A stretch of 64,000 nt of DNA, from NCBI GenBank assembly GCA_028716665.1, contig JAQUPP010000002.1:203717-267716 (forward strand), given 5' to 3'. The translations under genes and the position numbers were made by a program. The notes below the pieces were generated by a model. It was not told where the DNA came from, did no database searches, and saw only the letters and a program-made list of their open reading frames with translations. Below, piece after piece: positions 10,212 through 19,173 of the stretch (position 1 is its first letter; every line of letters starts with the position of its first letter). The stretch is from Patescibacteria group bacterium. Its GTDB lineage: Bacteria > Patescibacteriota > Patescibacteriia > UBA2591 > JAQUPP01.

Positions 10212-10231
10212 AAAAATAGTAAAATAAATTT

Positions 10232-10957
10232 ATGATCGAAATATATTTTGATGGTGCTTGCGAGCCAGTAAATCCCGGTGGTACTGCAAGTTATGGTTAT
10301 TTAATTAAGAGGGACAATCAAATTATTGAGCGCGGTTCAGGTATTATAGGCAAAGGAGAAGGAATGACAAACAATGTGGCCGAGTATTATGGTTTGATCG
10401 AAGGAATAAAAGCTCTTAAAAAATTAAGAATTGAAGAAAAGGTAATGATTTATGGTGATAGTAAAATGGTGTGTTGTATTGTTGCGAAAGAATGGGGATG
10501 GAAAAAGAAAAAGACGGTATGGATGCCCCATGAAACAGCTTTACATTTAAAAAAGTTACTTGATGAAGCCTTAAAATATTTAGAGGGTATGGATTATAAT
10601 ATTCAATGGGTGACGAGAGAGAAGAATCAAGAAGCTGATGATTTATCGAAAGAACCACTTATTAAAGCGGGTATTATTAAATCTATTTACCCTAAATATA
10701 ATTTTACAAAGAAAATAGATAAAGAAAAGGAAAAGCATATCATTAAATCTAAAATTAAGAAAAAACCCCAAGAAGGGGATGCTTGTCCTAAAAATTGTGG
10801 TGGAATTCTTTATTGGGCAAACAGCAAAATGACCCCCAAAAAAATGCGGAGGATTTATCATTTTGAAAAATGGCTTAAGTGTAATAAATGTAGGACTGTT
10901 TTCTTTGATGAAAAATATAAAATTATTCATCAAAATGAAACTAAATCATTATTTTAG
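10232..10957 (+). CDS. RNase H-like (RNase HI fold) protein with a C-terminal zinc ribbon
   Basis: 'IYFDGACEP' supplies the catalytic Asp. 'AEYYGLIEGI' supplies the Glu. 'IYGDSKMV' supplies the second Asp. 'QEADDLSK' contributes the last acidic residue. The C-terminus carries 'CPKNCGG...CNKCR'. Confidence 0.7.
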   Translation: MIEIYFDGACEPVNPGGTASYGYLIKRDNQIIERGSGIIGKGEGMTNNVAEYYGLIEGIKALKKLRIEEKVMIYGDSKMVCCIVAKEWGWKKKKTVWMPHETALHLKKLLDEALKYLEGMDYNIQWVTREKNQEADDLSKEPLIKAGIIKSIYPKYNFTKKIDKEKEKHIIKSKIKKKPQEGDACPKNCGGILYWANSKMTPKKMRRIYHFEKWLKCNKCRTVFFDEKYKIIHQNETKSLF

Positions 10958-11091
10958 TACTTCTCTTATTTTGTTTATTTAAAACAATAGTGAGTAACGC
11001 GGTGGGGTAGACTAACTTCTCGGATTCAAATCCGGTATATAAACATATCCAGTTTGTCTTTGAATTATGGTTCTAACGTCCTCTACGATGC

Positions 11092-11158
11092 GGAGCCAAA
11101 AAAATAACCGCTTATTTAAGCGGTTATTTTTTTATATCCATCGTGGAAGTTAGAACTT
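11092..11158. repeat. Direct repeat copy A: terminator hairpin plus downstream sequence ('ggagccaaaaaaataaccgcttatttaagcggttatttttttata..gtggaagttagaactt')
   Basis: About 90% identical to 14594-14660. It contains the hairpin AACCGCTTA-n-TAAGCGGTT followed by a T-tract. Confidence 0.8.
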
Positions 11159-11182
11159 GTTTTAAATTAGAAAAACAATTGA

Positions 11183-11210
11183 TTGATAAAAAGTCAAATT
11201 ATGATATAAT
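11183..11210 (+). promoter_or_regulatory. Sigma70-type promoter for xseA (TTGATA-16-TGaTATAAT)
   Basis: -35, extended -10 and -10 elements read directly from the sequence. Confidence 0.6.
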
Positions 11211-11348
11211 AAAAAATAAGTGTACGGACAGCTGTCCTGCCTTACTAAATCAATTTTACAATACAGACCTTTACTGAACTGACTAAAAAATGTATTGGTA
11301 TTTGTTCGTGGATAGAAAAGTATAATAATAGAATGAATAATCTAAAAA

Positions 11349-12920
11349 ATGGATAATAACTTATTACAAAAATTAAAAGATTGGCGGAAAGCGAAAGCTG
11401 AGGCAGAAGGAGTCCCAGTTTTTAGAGTTTTTTCTAATGCTGTCATAGAAGCTATTGCTCAATTTAAACCAAAAGACAAAGAAGCTCTTTTCTTGATAAA
11501 AGGTATCCGTGATAGAAAATATAATAAATATGGTGAAGCTATATTGGCTTTAGTTAATGGAGGGCAAGAAGGGCCGGAATTTTTTGCGGATAATTTTATA
11601 AAAGACGAAGAAAGTAAGCCATTTTCAGTTAGTGACTATCTTAATTTTCTTAATAATCAATTGAGTAAAGATACAGCGCGAATTCAAGGAGAGATTAGTA
11701 GTTTAGATATAAGAGACAAAGTAGTTTACTTTTCTTTAAAAGATTCTAAAGATGAAAGTGTTATTAACTGCCTTATTTGGAAAAATGTTTACGAATTAAA
11801 CGGAGTTGAATTTGAAGTAGGAATGGAGATTATATTAAGTGGTTGTCCAGATATCTATAAACCCAGTGGCCGTTTATCATTTAAAGCTTCGTCTGTAGAA
11901 TTAGTTGGTGAAGGGGCATTAAAAATTGCATATGAAAAACTTAAAGCGAAATTACAAAAAGAAGGCTTATTTGATGAAGCAAGAAAGAAACCTATTCCTT
12001 TATATCCTAATAAGATTGGCTTAATTACTTCGAAAAGTGGTGCTGTGATAGCAGATTTTTCTACTAACATAGGAAGATTTGGATATAAAATATCTTTGAT
12101 AGATTCAAGAGTTGAGGGTCAGTTGGCAACAGAAGAATTATTAAACTCTATAAAAACATTTAGAAATAAAGATATTGATGTTCTTGTTATTATTCGAGGT
12201 GGAGGTTCCATGGAATCTTTTTTACCATTTAATAATGAAGTTCTTATTAAAGAAATAGCGAGTTTCCCCGTCCCAGTTCTAGTTGGAATTGGACACGAAA
12301 AAGATGTTTCTCTTTTGGCATTGGCGTCTGATATGATGTTTTCTACACCCACAGCCGTTGCCAATTATCTAAATGAATCATGGGAGAAAGCAGAATCAGT
12401 AATAATCTTATCAGAACAAAAAGTCTTTAGAAAATTTCAAAATACAATTCAAGAAAATAAAGATTATATTAGAGACAGTTTGGATATAATGAAAAATACT
12501 TTCCAAAAAATATTTAATGATTTTTCAAAGGCCCAAGAATCATTAAAAATTGGCTTTAAATCAATTAAGGATCAGATGGTTGATATTGATAGAAGAATTA
12601 ATGGAGTTCTTATACCAGTATTTAGAAAAATAAACTTTTCCATATCAGGCATTAGAAATAACATATCCGATTCCATTATAAAAGAAATTTTTGAAGGATT
12701 TATAGATGCTAAAAATAAAATTAAGGAATCACTAATATCATATCAAAAACAACTCATCAATAATAACCCTAAAAGACAATTAAAATTAGGATATAGTATC
12801 GTAACAAAAAATGGTCGAATTTTGAAAACAACCAGTCAAATACAAAAAGGAGATATTGTTAGCGTTGGATTAAGTGAGGGCGTATTTGATTCAGAGGTCA
12901 AAATTATTAAAAATAATTAA
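11349..12920 (+). CDS. xseA: Exodeoxyribonuclease VII large subunit with an N-terminal HRDC domain
   Basis: OB-fold region 'VYFSLKDSKDESVINCLIWKN' and catalytic core 'LVIIRGGGSMESFLPFNNE...VLVGIGHEKDVSLLALASDMMFSTPTAVA' match XseA. The first 75 aa or so, 'LLQKLKDWRKAKAEAEGVPVFRVFSNAVIEAIAQFKP...KYGEAILALV', align well with the RecQ/RNase D HRDC domain. Confidence 0.85.
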   Translation: MDNNLLQKLKDWRKAKAEAEGVPVFRVFSNAVIEAIAQFKPKDKEALFLIKGIRDRKYNKYGEAILALVNGGQEGPEFFADNFIKDEESKPFSVSDYLNFLNNQLSKDTARIQGEISSLDIRDKVVYFSLKDSKDESVINCLIWKNVYELNGVEFEVGMEIILSGCPDIYKPSGRLSFKASSVELVGEGALKIAYEKLKAKLQKEGLFDEARKKPIPLYPNKIGLITSKSGAVIADFSTNIGRFGYKISLIDSRVEGQLATEELLNSIKTFRNKDIDVLVIIRGGGSMESFLPFNNEVLIKEIASFPVPVLVGIGHEKDVSLLALASDMMFSTPTAVANYLNESWEKAESVIILSEQKVFRKFQNTIQENKDYIRDSLDIMKNTFQKIFNDFSKAQESLKIGFKSIKDQMVDIDRRINGVLIPVFRKINFSISGIRNNISDSIIKEIFEGFIDAKNKIKESLISYQKQLINNNPKRQLKLGYSIVTKNGRILKTTSQIQKGDIVSVGLSEGVFDSEVKIIKNN

Positions 12921-12929
12921 TATAAAAAT

Positions 12930-13136
12930 ATGACAGATCCAAAAATTAATTTAAAAGAGTCATTAGGTAGGTTAAATAATATCGTTGAATGGTTTAATGA
13001 ACAAGAAGAAGTAGATGTTGAAATTGGTTTAGAAAAAGTTAAAGAAGGAGCAGAGCTAATAAAAGTTTGCAGAAAAAGATTATCAGAAGTCGAAAATGAG
13101 TTTACGGAGATACAGAGAGAAATAGACAAAGAGTAA
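12930..13136 (+). CDS. xseB: Exodeoxyribonuclease VII small subunit
   Basis: 68-aa helical protein immediately downstream of xseA. 'LEESLGRLNNIVEWFNEQ...GAELIKVCRKRLSEVE' matches the XseB pattern. Confidence 0.8.
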   Translation: MTDPKINLKESLGRLNNIVEWFNEQEEVDVEIGLEKVKEGAELIKVCRKRLSEVENEFTEIQREIDKE

Positions 13137-13213
13137 TTTTTAAGTGGCAGAAAGAAATTGAGCAGGAGCTTGTGGAAATGTTCTAAAATAGGCAAATTAT
13201 AAACTGAAATTTT

Positions 13214-14467
13214 ATGAATAAACATACAACAACAATTATTCCTATTGAGCCATGGCTTTATCATTCGCCTAAACTAAAACTCAAAGGATCAATTATAGAT
13301 ATAGGATTAATATGTGAATCTTTAATTTATTATGAAAAAATATTTATTAATATAGATATCCTTTCTAAAAACTTTTTATTTAATGAAATTATAAAATGGT
13401 TTAAACAACAGGATGCATATAAAGATTTTTTACGACTTTTGGACGAGGGTATTATAAATTTTGTTTATCATTCTTTTTTTACATCTCCTATTTTTGATCC
13501 TAGAAATAATACTTATAGTATCTGGAATCTTGAGGACGAAGAATCAAAAGAAAAAGATATTTTTAATTCTAGAGTTTTATATAACGATGAATTGAATAAA
13601 ATAATTAAAGGAAGAGAAAGACAACAACTATATAGAGTAATTGAAAATAAAGTCATTGAATTTAGGGCAGACAAATTCAAAGATGCAGTTGAAAATGCTA
13701 GAGCTGATTACGAAAAAGTAGATACTTGTAATATTATTGTTCAAAGTTTTGTTGATGAATTATATAAAGAATTTGATTTCGGAAAACCACCTGTTATAAG
13801 TAGTAAAATAAATAAAATGGGAGAAAAAATTAATATTTCCTGGAATATTAATTTTGATGAATTAAATAAAAAAACGAATAATAAATTTAAAATAAATCCA
13901 GGGATTCCACTTCATGGAATTGCTCATTGCAACAGGATAATTAAAACAGCGTCGCTTATAGAATCGGATATATGTTTGGGAGAAGTTATGAGCAGTTTAG
14001 TCAATAATAAATTATCTGAAATTAACTTAAAGAATAATGATAAAGTTTTGAATATTATTAAAGAATTAAATCAAGAAGTAGAATTTCCAGATATTAGGGG
14101 TTTGGTAAATAATAACTTAATAACCTTTAAGGATATTCTTGAAATCCGGAAAAAAGCATTGAAGTTTAGGAAATGGCTACAGTGTGAAGGAGAAAGAGAT
14201 AGGGATGCAATAATTGCTTATCATAACGAGGTGGCAGAGGAAGCTAAATTAGAAAAATTTGGCAAAAGTATTTTATCGTTAACAGGTGTAGTGACAGGAG
14301 GATTAATAGGGACAATTGGTGGTCCTATTGGCGGAATAGCGGGAGCAACGATGGGGTATGGAGTAGATAAATTTATTTCTTTAATAAATCAAGAATGGAA
14401 GCCAATAGTTTTTGGAAAATGGCTAACAAAGTATTCTGATAAAATTCAAAAAACGAGACATCCATAA
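13214..14467 (+). CDS. Hypothetical protein with a C-terminal glycine-zipper segment
   Basis: 417-aa ORF. The C-terminus 'GVVTGGLIGTIGGPIGGIAGATMGYGV' is a glycine zipper. No other motifs recognised. Confidence 0.5.
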   Translation: MNKHTTTIIPIEPWLYHSPKLKLKGSIIDIGLICESLIYYEKIFINIDILSKNFLFNEIIKWFKQQDAYKDFLRLLDEGIINFVYHSFFTSPIFDPRNNTYSIWNLEDEESKEKDIFNSRVLYNDELNKIIKGRERQQLYRVIENKVIEFRADKFKDAVENARADYEKVDTCNIIVQSFVDELYKEFDFGKPPVISSKINKMGEKINISWNINFDELNKKTNNKFKINPGIPLHGIAHCNRIIKTASLIESDICLGEVMSSLVNNKLSEINLKNNDKVLNIIKELNQEVEFPDIRGLVNNNLITFKDILEIRKKALKFRKWLQCEGERDRDAIIAYHNEVAEEAKLEKFGKSILSLTGVVTGGLIGTIGGPIGGIAGATMGYGVDKFISLINQEWKPIVFGKWLTKYSDKIQKTRHP

Positions 14468-14593
14468 TTTCCTTTTATATTGTCTCATTTTGTTTGTTTG
14501 AATCCGACCCGTCCCTGTCAGTAGAATCATTAGGCCGACCCTCAGGAACGCTTGCGTGGTCTAGATGCGAAAGCGTTCTGAAACCCGAGAGGG

Positions 14594-14660
14594 GAGCCAA
14601 AAAATAACCGCTTATTCAAGCGGTTATTTTTTTATACTCGTTGTGGAAATTAGAACTTTT
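14594..14660. repeat. Direct repeat copy B (terminator module, paralogous to 11092-11158)
   Basis: Sequence identity read directly. Followed by the promoter TTGACA-17-TGcTATTCT at 14670-14698. Confidence 0.8.
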
Positions 14661-14740
14661 TTAATGAAATTGACAAAAGTGAAAAAATATGCTATTCTAA
14701 TAATAGATAAATAATCAATTAAAAGATTTTTTAAATAAAA

Positions 14741-15190
14741 ATGATACATATGACGCTACAAAACAAAGTAAAAGATAACGAAGGTTCGGTGATGAAGGGC
14801 GGAGGAATTGTTGCTAAAAAAGAAGATGGCAAAATTTATATTCTGATGCTTTATCGCGGCAATCATGAAGACTGGTCATTTCCCAAGGGCCATACAGAAC
14901 ACGGCGAAACTGTTCAACAAACGGTTATTAGAGAAGTGGAGGAAGAAGGTGAAATAAAATCAGAAATTATCAAAGAAATTACTCCCTTTAAATATTTTAA
15001 TACTAACAGCAATGAAGAAATTATTTGTTATATGTATTTATTAAGACCAATATCCGGCGAGATCAAACCGGAGTATAAAGGCGATAAGGTGGAATGGGTG
15101 CCATTGGCAGAAGTCGGGAAAAGAATCAGTTACGCAAACCTTAGGGATTATTTTAATAAAATCGTTGGAGAAGTGGTTGATTTAATTTAA
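14741..15190 (+). CDS. NUDIX hydrolase
   Basis: Nudix box 'GHTEHGETVQQTVIREVEEEGEI' (GX5EX7REUXEEXGU). Confidence 0.8.
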   Translation: MIHMTLQNKVKDNEGSVMKGGGIVAKKEDGKIYILMLYRGNHEDWSFPKGHTEHGETVQQTVIREVEEEGEIKSEIIKEITPFKYFNTNSNEEIICYMYLLRPISGEIKPEYKGDKVEWVPLAEVGKRISYANLRDYFNKIVGEVVDLI

Positions 15191-15199
15191 ATTTTTTAT

Positions 15200-15664
15200 A
15201 TGATTAAATTTCGTCCGCATTCCAAGGAGGAGATACCGTTTCGACTCAAATGGCTTAATGATAAAAAAGTCGTTAATTTTATTTTTGATAATTTTAAACA
15301 ACCTACGACACTGGCAAAACAAAAGGTGTGGTTTAAAAATTACGAAAATAATCCTTGTAAGAATTTTTTTACGATTTTAAACGATGATAAACCTATTGGT
15401 TTTATGGGTTTATCAAAAATTGATACGAAAGAAAAAAGAGCAGAAGTTTTTATTTTAATCGGAGAAGGGGAATATCGTGGTAAGGGCGTAGGCAGAATTT
15501 CCATGAATTATCTTATTGATATTGCTTTTAAAAAATTGAAACTCAAACGTTTGATTTTAGAGGTTAATAAGCTGAATGATCCCGCCATTAATCTTTATCA
15601 GTCGCTTGGTTTTAAAAAAACAAAAGAAAAAGGCAAGGAGATTGAAATGATATTAAAAAAGTAG
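15200..15664 (+). CDS. GNAT family N-acetyltransferase
   Basis: Acetyl-CoA-binding motif 'YRGKGVGRISMNYLIDIAF'. Confidence 0.7.
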   Translation: MIKFRPHSKEEIPFRLKWLNDKKVVNFIFDNFKQPTTLAKQKVWFKNYENNPCKNFFTILNDDKPIGFMGLSKIDTKEKRAEVFILIGEGEYRGKGVGRISMNYLIDIAFKKLKLKRLILEVNKLNDPAINLYQSLGFKKTKEKGKEIEMILKK

Positions 15665-15678
15665 TATAATTAAAAAAT

Positions 15679-17322
15679 ATGAAAATTGCCATTTGTCAGT
15701 TAAACCCGACGATCGGGGATTTCAAAGGAAATCTAGCCAAAATGAAAAAAGCCTTGTCTCAAGCGAATAAAGAGAAGGCCGATTTGGCTGTTTTTTGCGA
15801 ACTTTTTATAACCGGCTATCCGCCGCGCGATTTTTTAGAAAAAAAAGAGTTTATTGAAAAAGCCGAACAAGCCAATCAAGAGGTTATTATATTTTCCAAA
15901 CAATATCCTCAATTAGGCATTCTTTTCGGCAATATCACGACTCGCAAGGCGAAGACCGGCAATCAGCTTTATAATTCGGCTATTTTGGTTCATGGCGGAA
16001 AAATAGTTTTTCAACAACATAAATCTTGCTTGCCAAGAAGAGATGTTTTTGACGAGCCGAGATATTTTGAACCGACCTCCGAAATAAAAATGTGCACTTT
16101 TAAAAAAGAAAGATTGGGTATTTCCATTTGCGCTGATATTTGGACCGGTCTGCAATGGTTGGAACAGGAATATTCATCAGAACCGTTGAAAGTATTGGCG
16201 AAAATGAAACCGTCTTTATTTTTAAATCTTTCCGCTTCGCCATTTTATGCCGGAAAAGAAAAAATCAGATTTAAAATTTTACACGACCAGGCGAAAAAAT
16301 ATAAACTTCCGATTTTTTACGTTAATCAAGTCGGAGGCAATGATGAATTGATTTTTGACGGTCGAAGTATGGTGGTTAATCAAAAAGGGGAGTTAGTTGA
16401 TATTTGTCCGGCTTTTAAAGAAATTGTCAAAATTGTTGATACGACAAAATTTAATCAGACGATGGTTTACAAACCTGATTTGGAAATGGAAACTATTTAT
16501 CAAGCTTTGATTTTAGGTCTTAGAGATTATGTCCAAAAAGTCGGTTATAAAAGCGTGATTCTCGGATTTTCCGGAGGAATAGATTCCAGTGTTACCGCCG
16601 CCTTGGCCGCGGAAGCTTTGGGTTCAAAAAACGTTTTTGGCGTGAGCATGCCTTCTTCCTATTCTTCGAAGGGCAGCAAAACAGACGCTCAAAAATTAGC
16701 GAAAAATTTAGGCGCTCATCTTGAAACAGTTGCTATTGCTAAAATTTATGATGCTTATTTAATTGCCTTGAAAAAACTTTTCGGGAAAAGCGACAAAGTG
16801 GTCGTGGCGCAAGAAAATATTCAAGCCAGAATTCGCGGAAATATTTTAATGGCTTATTCAAATAAAAATGGTTATTTGGTTCTTTCTACCGGAAATAAAA
16901 GTGAGTTGGCTGTCGGGTATTGCACTTTATATGGAGACATGAGTGGCGGACTGGGAGTCCTTTCCGATTTGCCGAAAAATAAAGTTTATGAATTGGCTCA
17001 TTACATTAATCGAAATAAAGAAATAATTCCGAAAGAAGTTTTAGAAAAAAAACCTTCGCCGGAATTAAGACCGGATCAGTTAACCGAGAAAGATCTTATG
17101 CCTTATCAAATTTTAAATCCGATTATGGAATTTTATGTTGAAGAAAAACTTTCAACCAAAGATATTGTTAAAAAAGGATTTGACGAAAAAATAGTTAAAT
17201 GGGTTATTCATAAAATTGACCGCAATGAATTCAAAAGAAGACAGGCGGCGCCCGGTTTAAAAGTAACCAATAAGGCCTTCGGTATGGGCCGTAGAATGCC
17301 GATCGCGGCTAAATTTGATTGA
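15679..17322 (+). CDS. nadE: Glutamine-dependent NAD+ synthetase (nitrilase domain plus NAD synthase domain)
   Basis: N-terminal CN-hydrolase domain 'IAICQLNP...CELFITGY' and C-terminal PP-loop 'GFSGGIDSSV'. Confidence 0.9.
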   Translation: MKIAICQLNPTIGDFKGNLAKMKKALSQANKEKADLAVFCELFITGYPPRDFLEKKEFIEKAEQANQEVIIFSKQYPQLGILFGNITTRKAKTGNQLYNSAILVHGGKIVFQQHKSCLPRRDVFDEPRYFEPTSEIKMCTFKKERLGISICADIWTGLQWLEQEYSSEPLKVLAKMKPSLFLNLSASPFYAGKEKIRFKILHDQAKKYKLPIFYVNQVGGNDELIFDGRSMVVNQKGELVDICPAFKEIVKIVDTTKFNQTMVYKPDLEMETIYQALILGLRDYVQKVGYKSVILGFSGGIDSSVTAALAAEALGSKNVFGVSMPSSYSSKGSKTDAQKLAKNLGAHLETVAIAKIYDAYLIALKKLFGKSDKVVVAQENIQARIRGNILMAYSNKNGYLVLSTGNKSELAVGYCTLYGDMSGGLGVLSDLPKNKVYELAHYINRNKEIIPKEVLEKKPSPELRPDQLTEKDLMPYQILNPIMEFYVEEKLSTKDIVKKGFDEKIVKWVIHKIDRNEFKRRQAAPGLKVTNKAFGMGRRMPIAAKFD

Positions 17323-17344
17323 TATATTATTTAAAATAGTGCGT

Positions 17345-17370
17345 AAAAACGAGCTTTTCGGCTCGTTTTT
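17345..17370 (+). terminator. Rho-independent terminator of nadE
   Basis: Hairpin AAAACGAGC-tttt-GGCTCGTTTT followed by a T run. Confidence 0.7.
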
Positions 17371-17399
17371 ACTATAATGGATTTTGTCCACCAAAAGGG

Positions 17400-17553
17400 C
17401 TCTTGACCCCCTCACAAGGAAAATTATTGTCTTTTTTAAAAATTACGATTTAATTAAGTATAAACTTAAAATAAACATCTAATCTTAAGATATGTATATA
17501 AAAGAACAAAAGACAAGTAATTTTATAATTTTCCCCATGTGAGGGGGTTGACA
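17400..17553. mobile_element. MITE-like inverted-repeat element copy 1 (TIR GGGGGTCAAG.../...GTGAGGGGGTTGACA) carrying an outward promoter at 17548-17576
   Basis: The left arm 'cttgaccccctcacaaggaaaattattgtc' is the inverse of the right arm 'tgtgagggggttgacaaaa'. Homologous copies lie at 19174, 25891 and 35326. Confidence 0.75.
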
Positions 17554-17576
17554 AAAACCGAAAAATCTGATATTAT
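17548..17576 (+). promoter_or_regulatory. Promoter TTGACA-17-TGaTATTAT inside the MITE right arm, driving the 17685 gene
   Basis: Consensus spacing. A G-rich tract lies immediately upstream of the -35. Confidence 0.65.
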
Positions 17577-17684
17577 AATATTAAATAATATCCGAGTTAT
17601 AAAGATAACTTATGGATATTCCCTACACGAGGGTAACGTGGATAGAAGAAAGAAGGTCTTTACAAAAGACAAAAGGAGGAAAAG

Positions 17685-19082
17685 ATGAAAAAAGTCTTTT
17701 CATTTTTGGCGATAGCTGCAATTCTTTGCAGCTCGATGGCTTATGGTACCTGGCCAATGTTCCAAAGAAATGCAAAACACGATGGAAGTGGACCAGCCGG
17801 ACCGGAGACAAATAATGTCAGTTGGTCTTTAAATTTAGGGACCACCTGCGGATTATTTTCTTCACCGATCAGTGATTCGTTTAATGGTGATGAAAGAATA
17901 TTTCTCGGCACCCAAAAGGGTGTGTATGAAATAAGTTCTCAGGGAGGTCTGATTCAAAAAATAGATACCGGTTATGGAACAGAAGTGTCAGTGGCTGTCC
18001 ATGATAGTACGATTTTCTTTTGCTCTAAAGATTCTTTGATTAAAAAGAATCTGACAGACAGCACAAAGAATTGGTCATATTATTTGGGAGCCAACCCTTC
18101 GGCACCAACTATTTTCGGCGGAAATATTTATGTTTACGCCAATAATAAACTCTGGTGTTTTGTTGATACCGGACTTAGCTGGGTGACCGTAACTTTAGAC
18201 AAAGGAAATGATAAAAGCGTTTCACCGGCAGTTGATGACAGTGGTAACATTTATGTTGCTACTCTCTCAAATCCGGCCGCTTATTATGATTTTCTTTTAT
18301 ATGTCTATAATCCAAACGGAACAATGAAATGGGGATATACAGCCTTAACAGGTGAACCAACGGGTGTTCATGGAACACCAACAATTGGTCCTCATGGTGA
18401 AGTTCTAGTTTGGACTTATCCAACACAGAGTTGGCCTTCAAGTCTGTACTGCATAAATGAATCAGGGAGACTTTGGCAAAAATCATCGCCGAAAATTCGT
18501 TATTCAAGTGTAGGAATATTTGGAGACACGATTATTTATTGCGGAGATAACGGAATTACGGCTTGTCTTTTGTCTGATGGTAGCACTGTTTGGAACTATG
18601 CTTTAGCAGGTCCGATCACAATTTCTTCCCCAGCCATTGGTGCTGATGGAACAATTTACGTCGGCAATGATGCAGGCAAAGTTTTGGCAGTTTCCAAAAA
18701 TGGAACTTTGTTATGGGAATATGACACCAAACAAGGACCTCTTGGAAGCCCGTCTATCGGTCCCAATAAGACGCTCCGCATCAATTCTTTAAGCGGCATA
18801 TTGTATGTTTTTAAACAAGCAGTAGGGGTCGCAGAAAAAGAAAAAATTGAAAAAATGGTAACAGTGTCTCCGACCGTTTCAGCCACTAACTTTGAAATTC
18901 AAGCTCCGGAAAGAGCTATAAAGAAAGTGTATGATATAGCCGGTAAACTGGTTAAAACCATAGGGAGCTCAAGTTGGGATGGGACAAACGAATTAAACAA
19001 GAAGTTATCGAACGGAATGTACTTTATTAACGTAAGCGTAGGTGGAGCTACGGTTACGAAGAAGATAATATTGATGAGATGA
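17685..19082 (+). CDS. Secreted PQQ-like beta-propeller protein with a C-terminal T9SS-type/FlgD-Ig-like sorting domain
   Basis: Signal peptide 'MKKVFSFLAIAAILCSSMA' and repeated 'G.iY.g..dg.l.a' propeller blades. The C-terminus 'VYDIAGKLVKTIGSSSWDGTNELNKKLSNGMYFINVSVGG.TVTKKIILMR' matches the secretion C-terminal sorting-domain pattern. Confidence 0.7.
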   Translation: MKKVFSFLAIAAILCSSMAYGTWPMFQRNAKHDGSGPAGPETNNVSWSLNLGTTCGLFSSPISDSFNGDERIFLGTQKGVYEISSQGGLIQKIDTGYGTEVSVAVHDSTIFFCSKDSLIKKNLTDSTKNWSYYLGANPSAPTIFGGNIYVYANNKLWCFVDTGLSWVTVTLDKGNDKSVSPAVDDSGNIYVATLSNPAAYYDFLLYVYNPNGTMKWGYTALTGEPTGVHGTPTIGPHGEVLVWTYPTQSWPSSLYCINESGRLWQKSSPKIRYSSVGIFGDTIIYCGDNGITACLLSDGSTVWNYALAGPITISSPAIGADGTIYVGNDAGKVLAVSKNGTLLWEYDTKQGPLGSPSIGPNKTLRINSLSGILYVFKQAVGVAEKEKIEKMVTVSPTVSATNFEIQAPERAIKKVYDIAGKLVKTIGSSSWDGTNELNKKLSNGMYFINVSVGGATVTKKIILMR

Positions 19083-19095
19083 TCTTATCAATCAC

Positions 19096-19130
19096 AAGGC
19101 AGGTGTAAAATTACACCTGCCTTTTTTATT
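19096..19130 (+). terminator. Rho-independent terminator
   Basis: Hairpin AGGCAGGTGTAA-aat-TACACCTGCCT followed by TTTTTT. Confidence 0.75.
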
Positions 19131-19173
19131 CTTTAGAAAGGACTATTAAAGAGTGGGGGAATAGCTTATCCAC

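Noticed and set aside
10995-11045. tRNA-like 'GGATTCAAATCC' T-loop-like motif and 'GCGGTGG' acceptor-like start upstream of direct-repeat copy A.
   Set aside because: There is no complementary acceptor 3' strand and the T-stem does not pair canonically. It is possibly part of an unrecognised ncRNA, which I noted under the direct-repeat finding instead.
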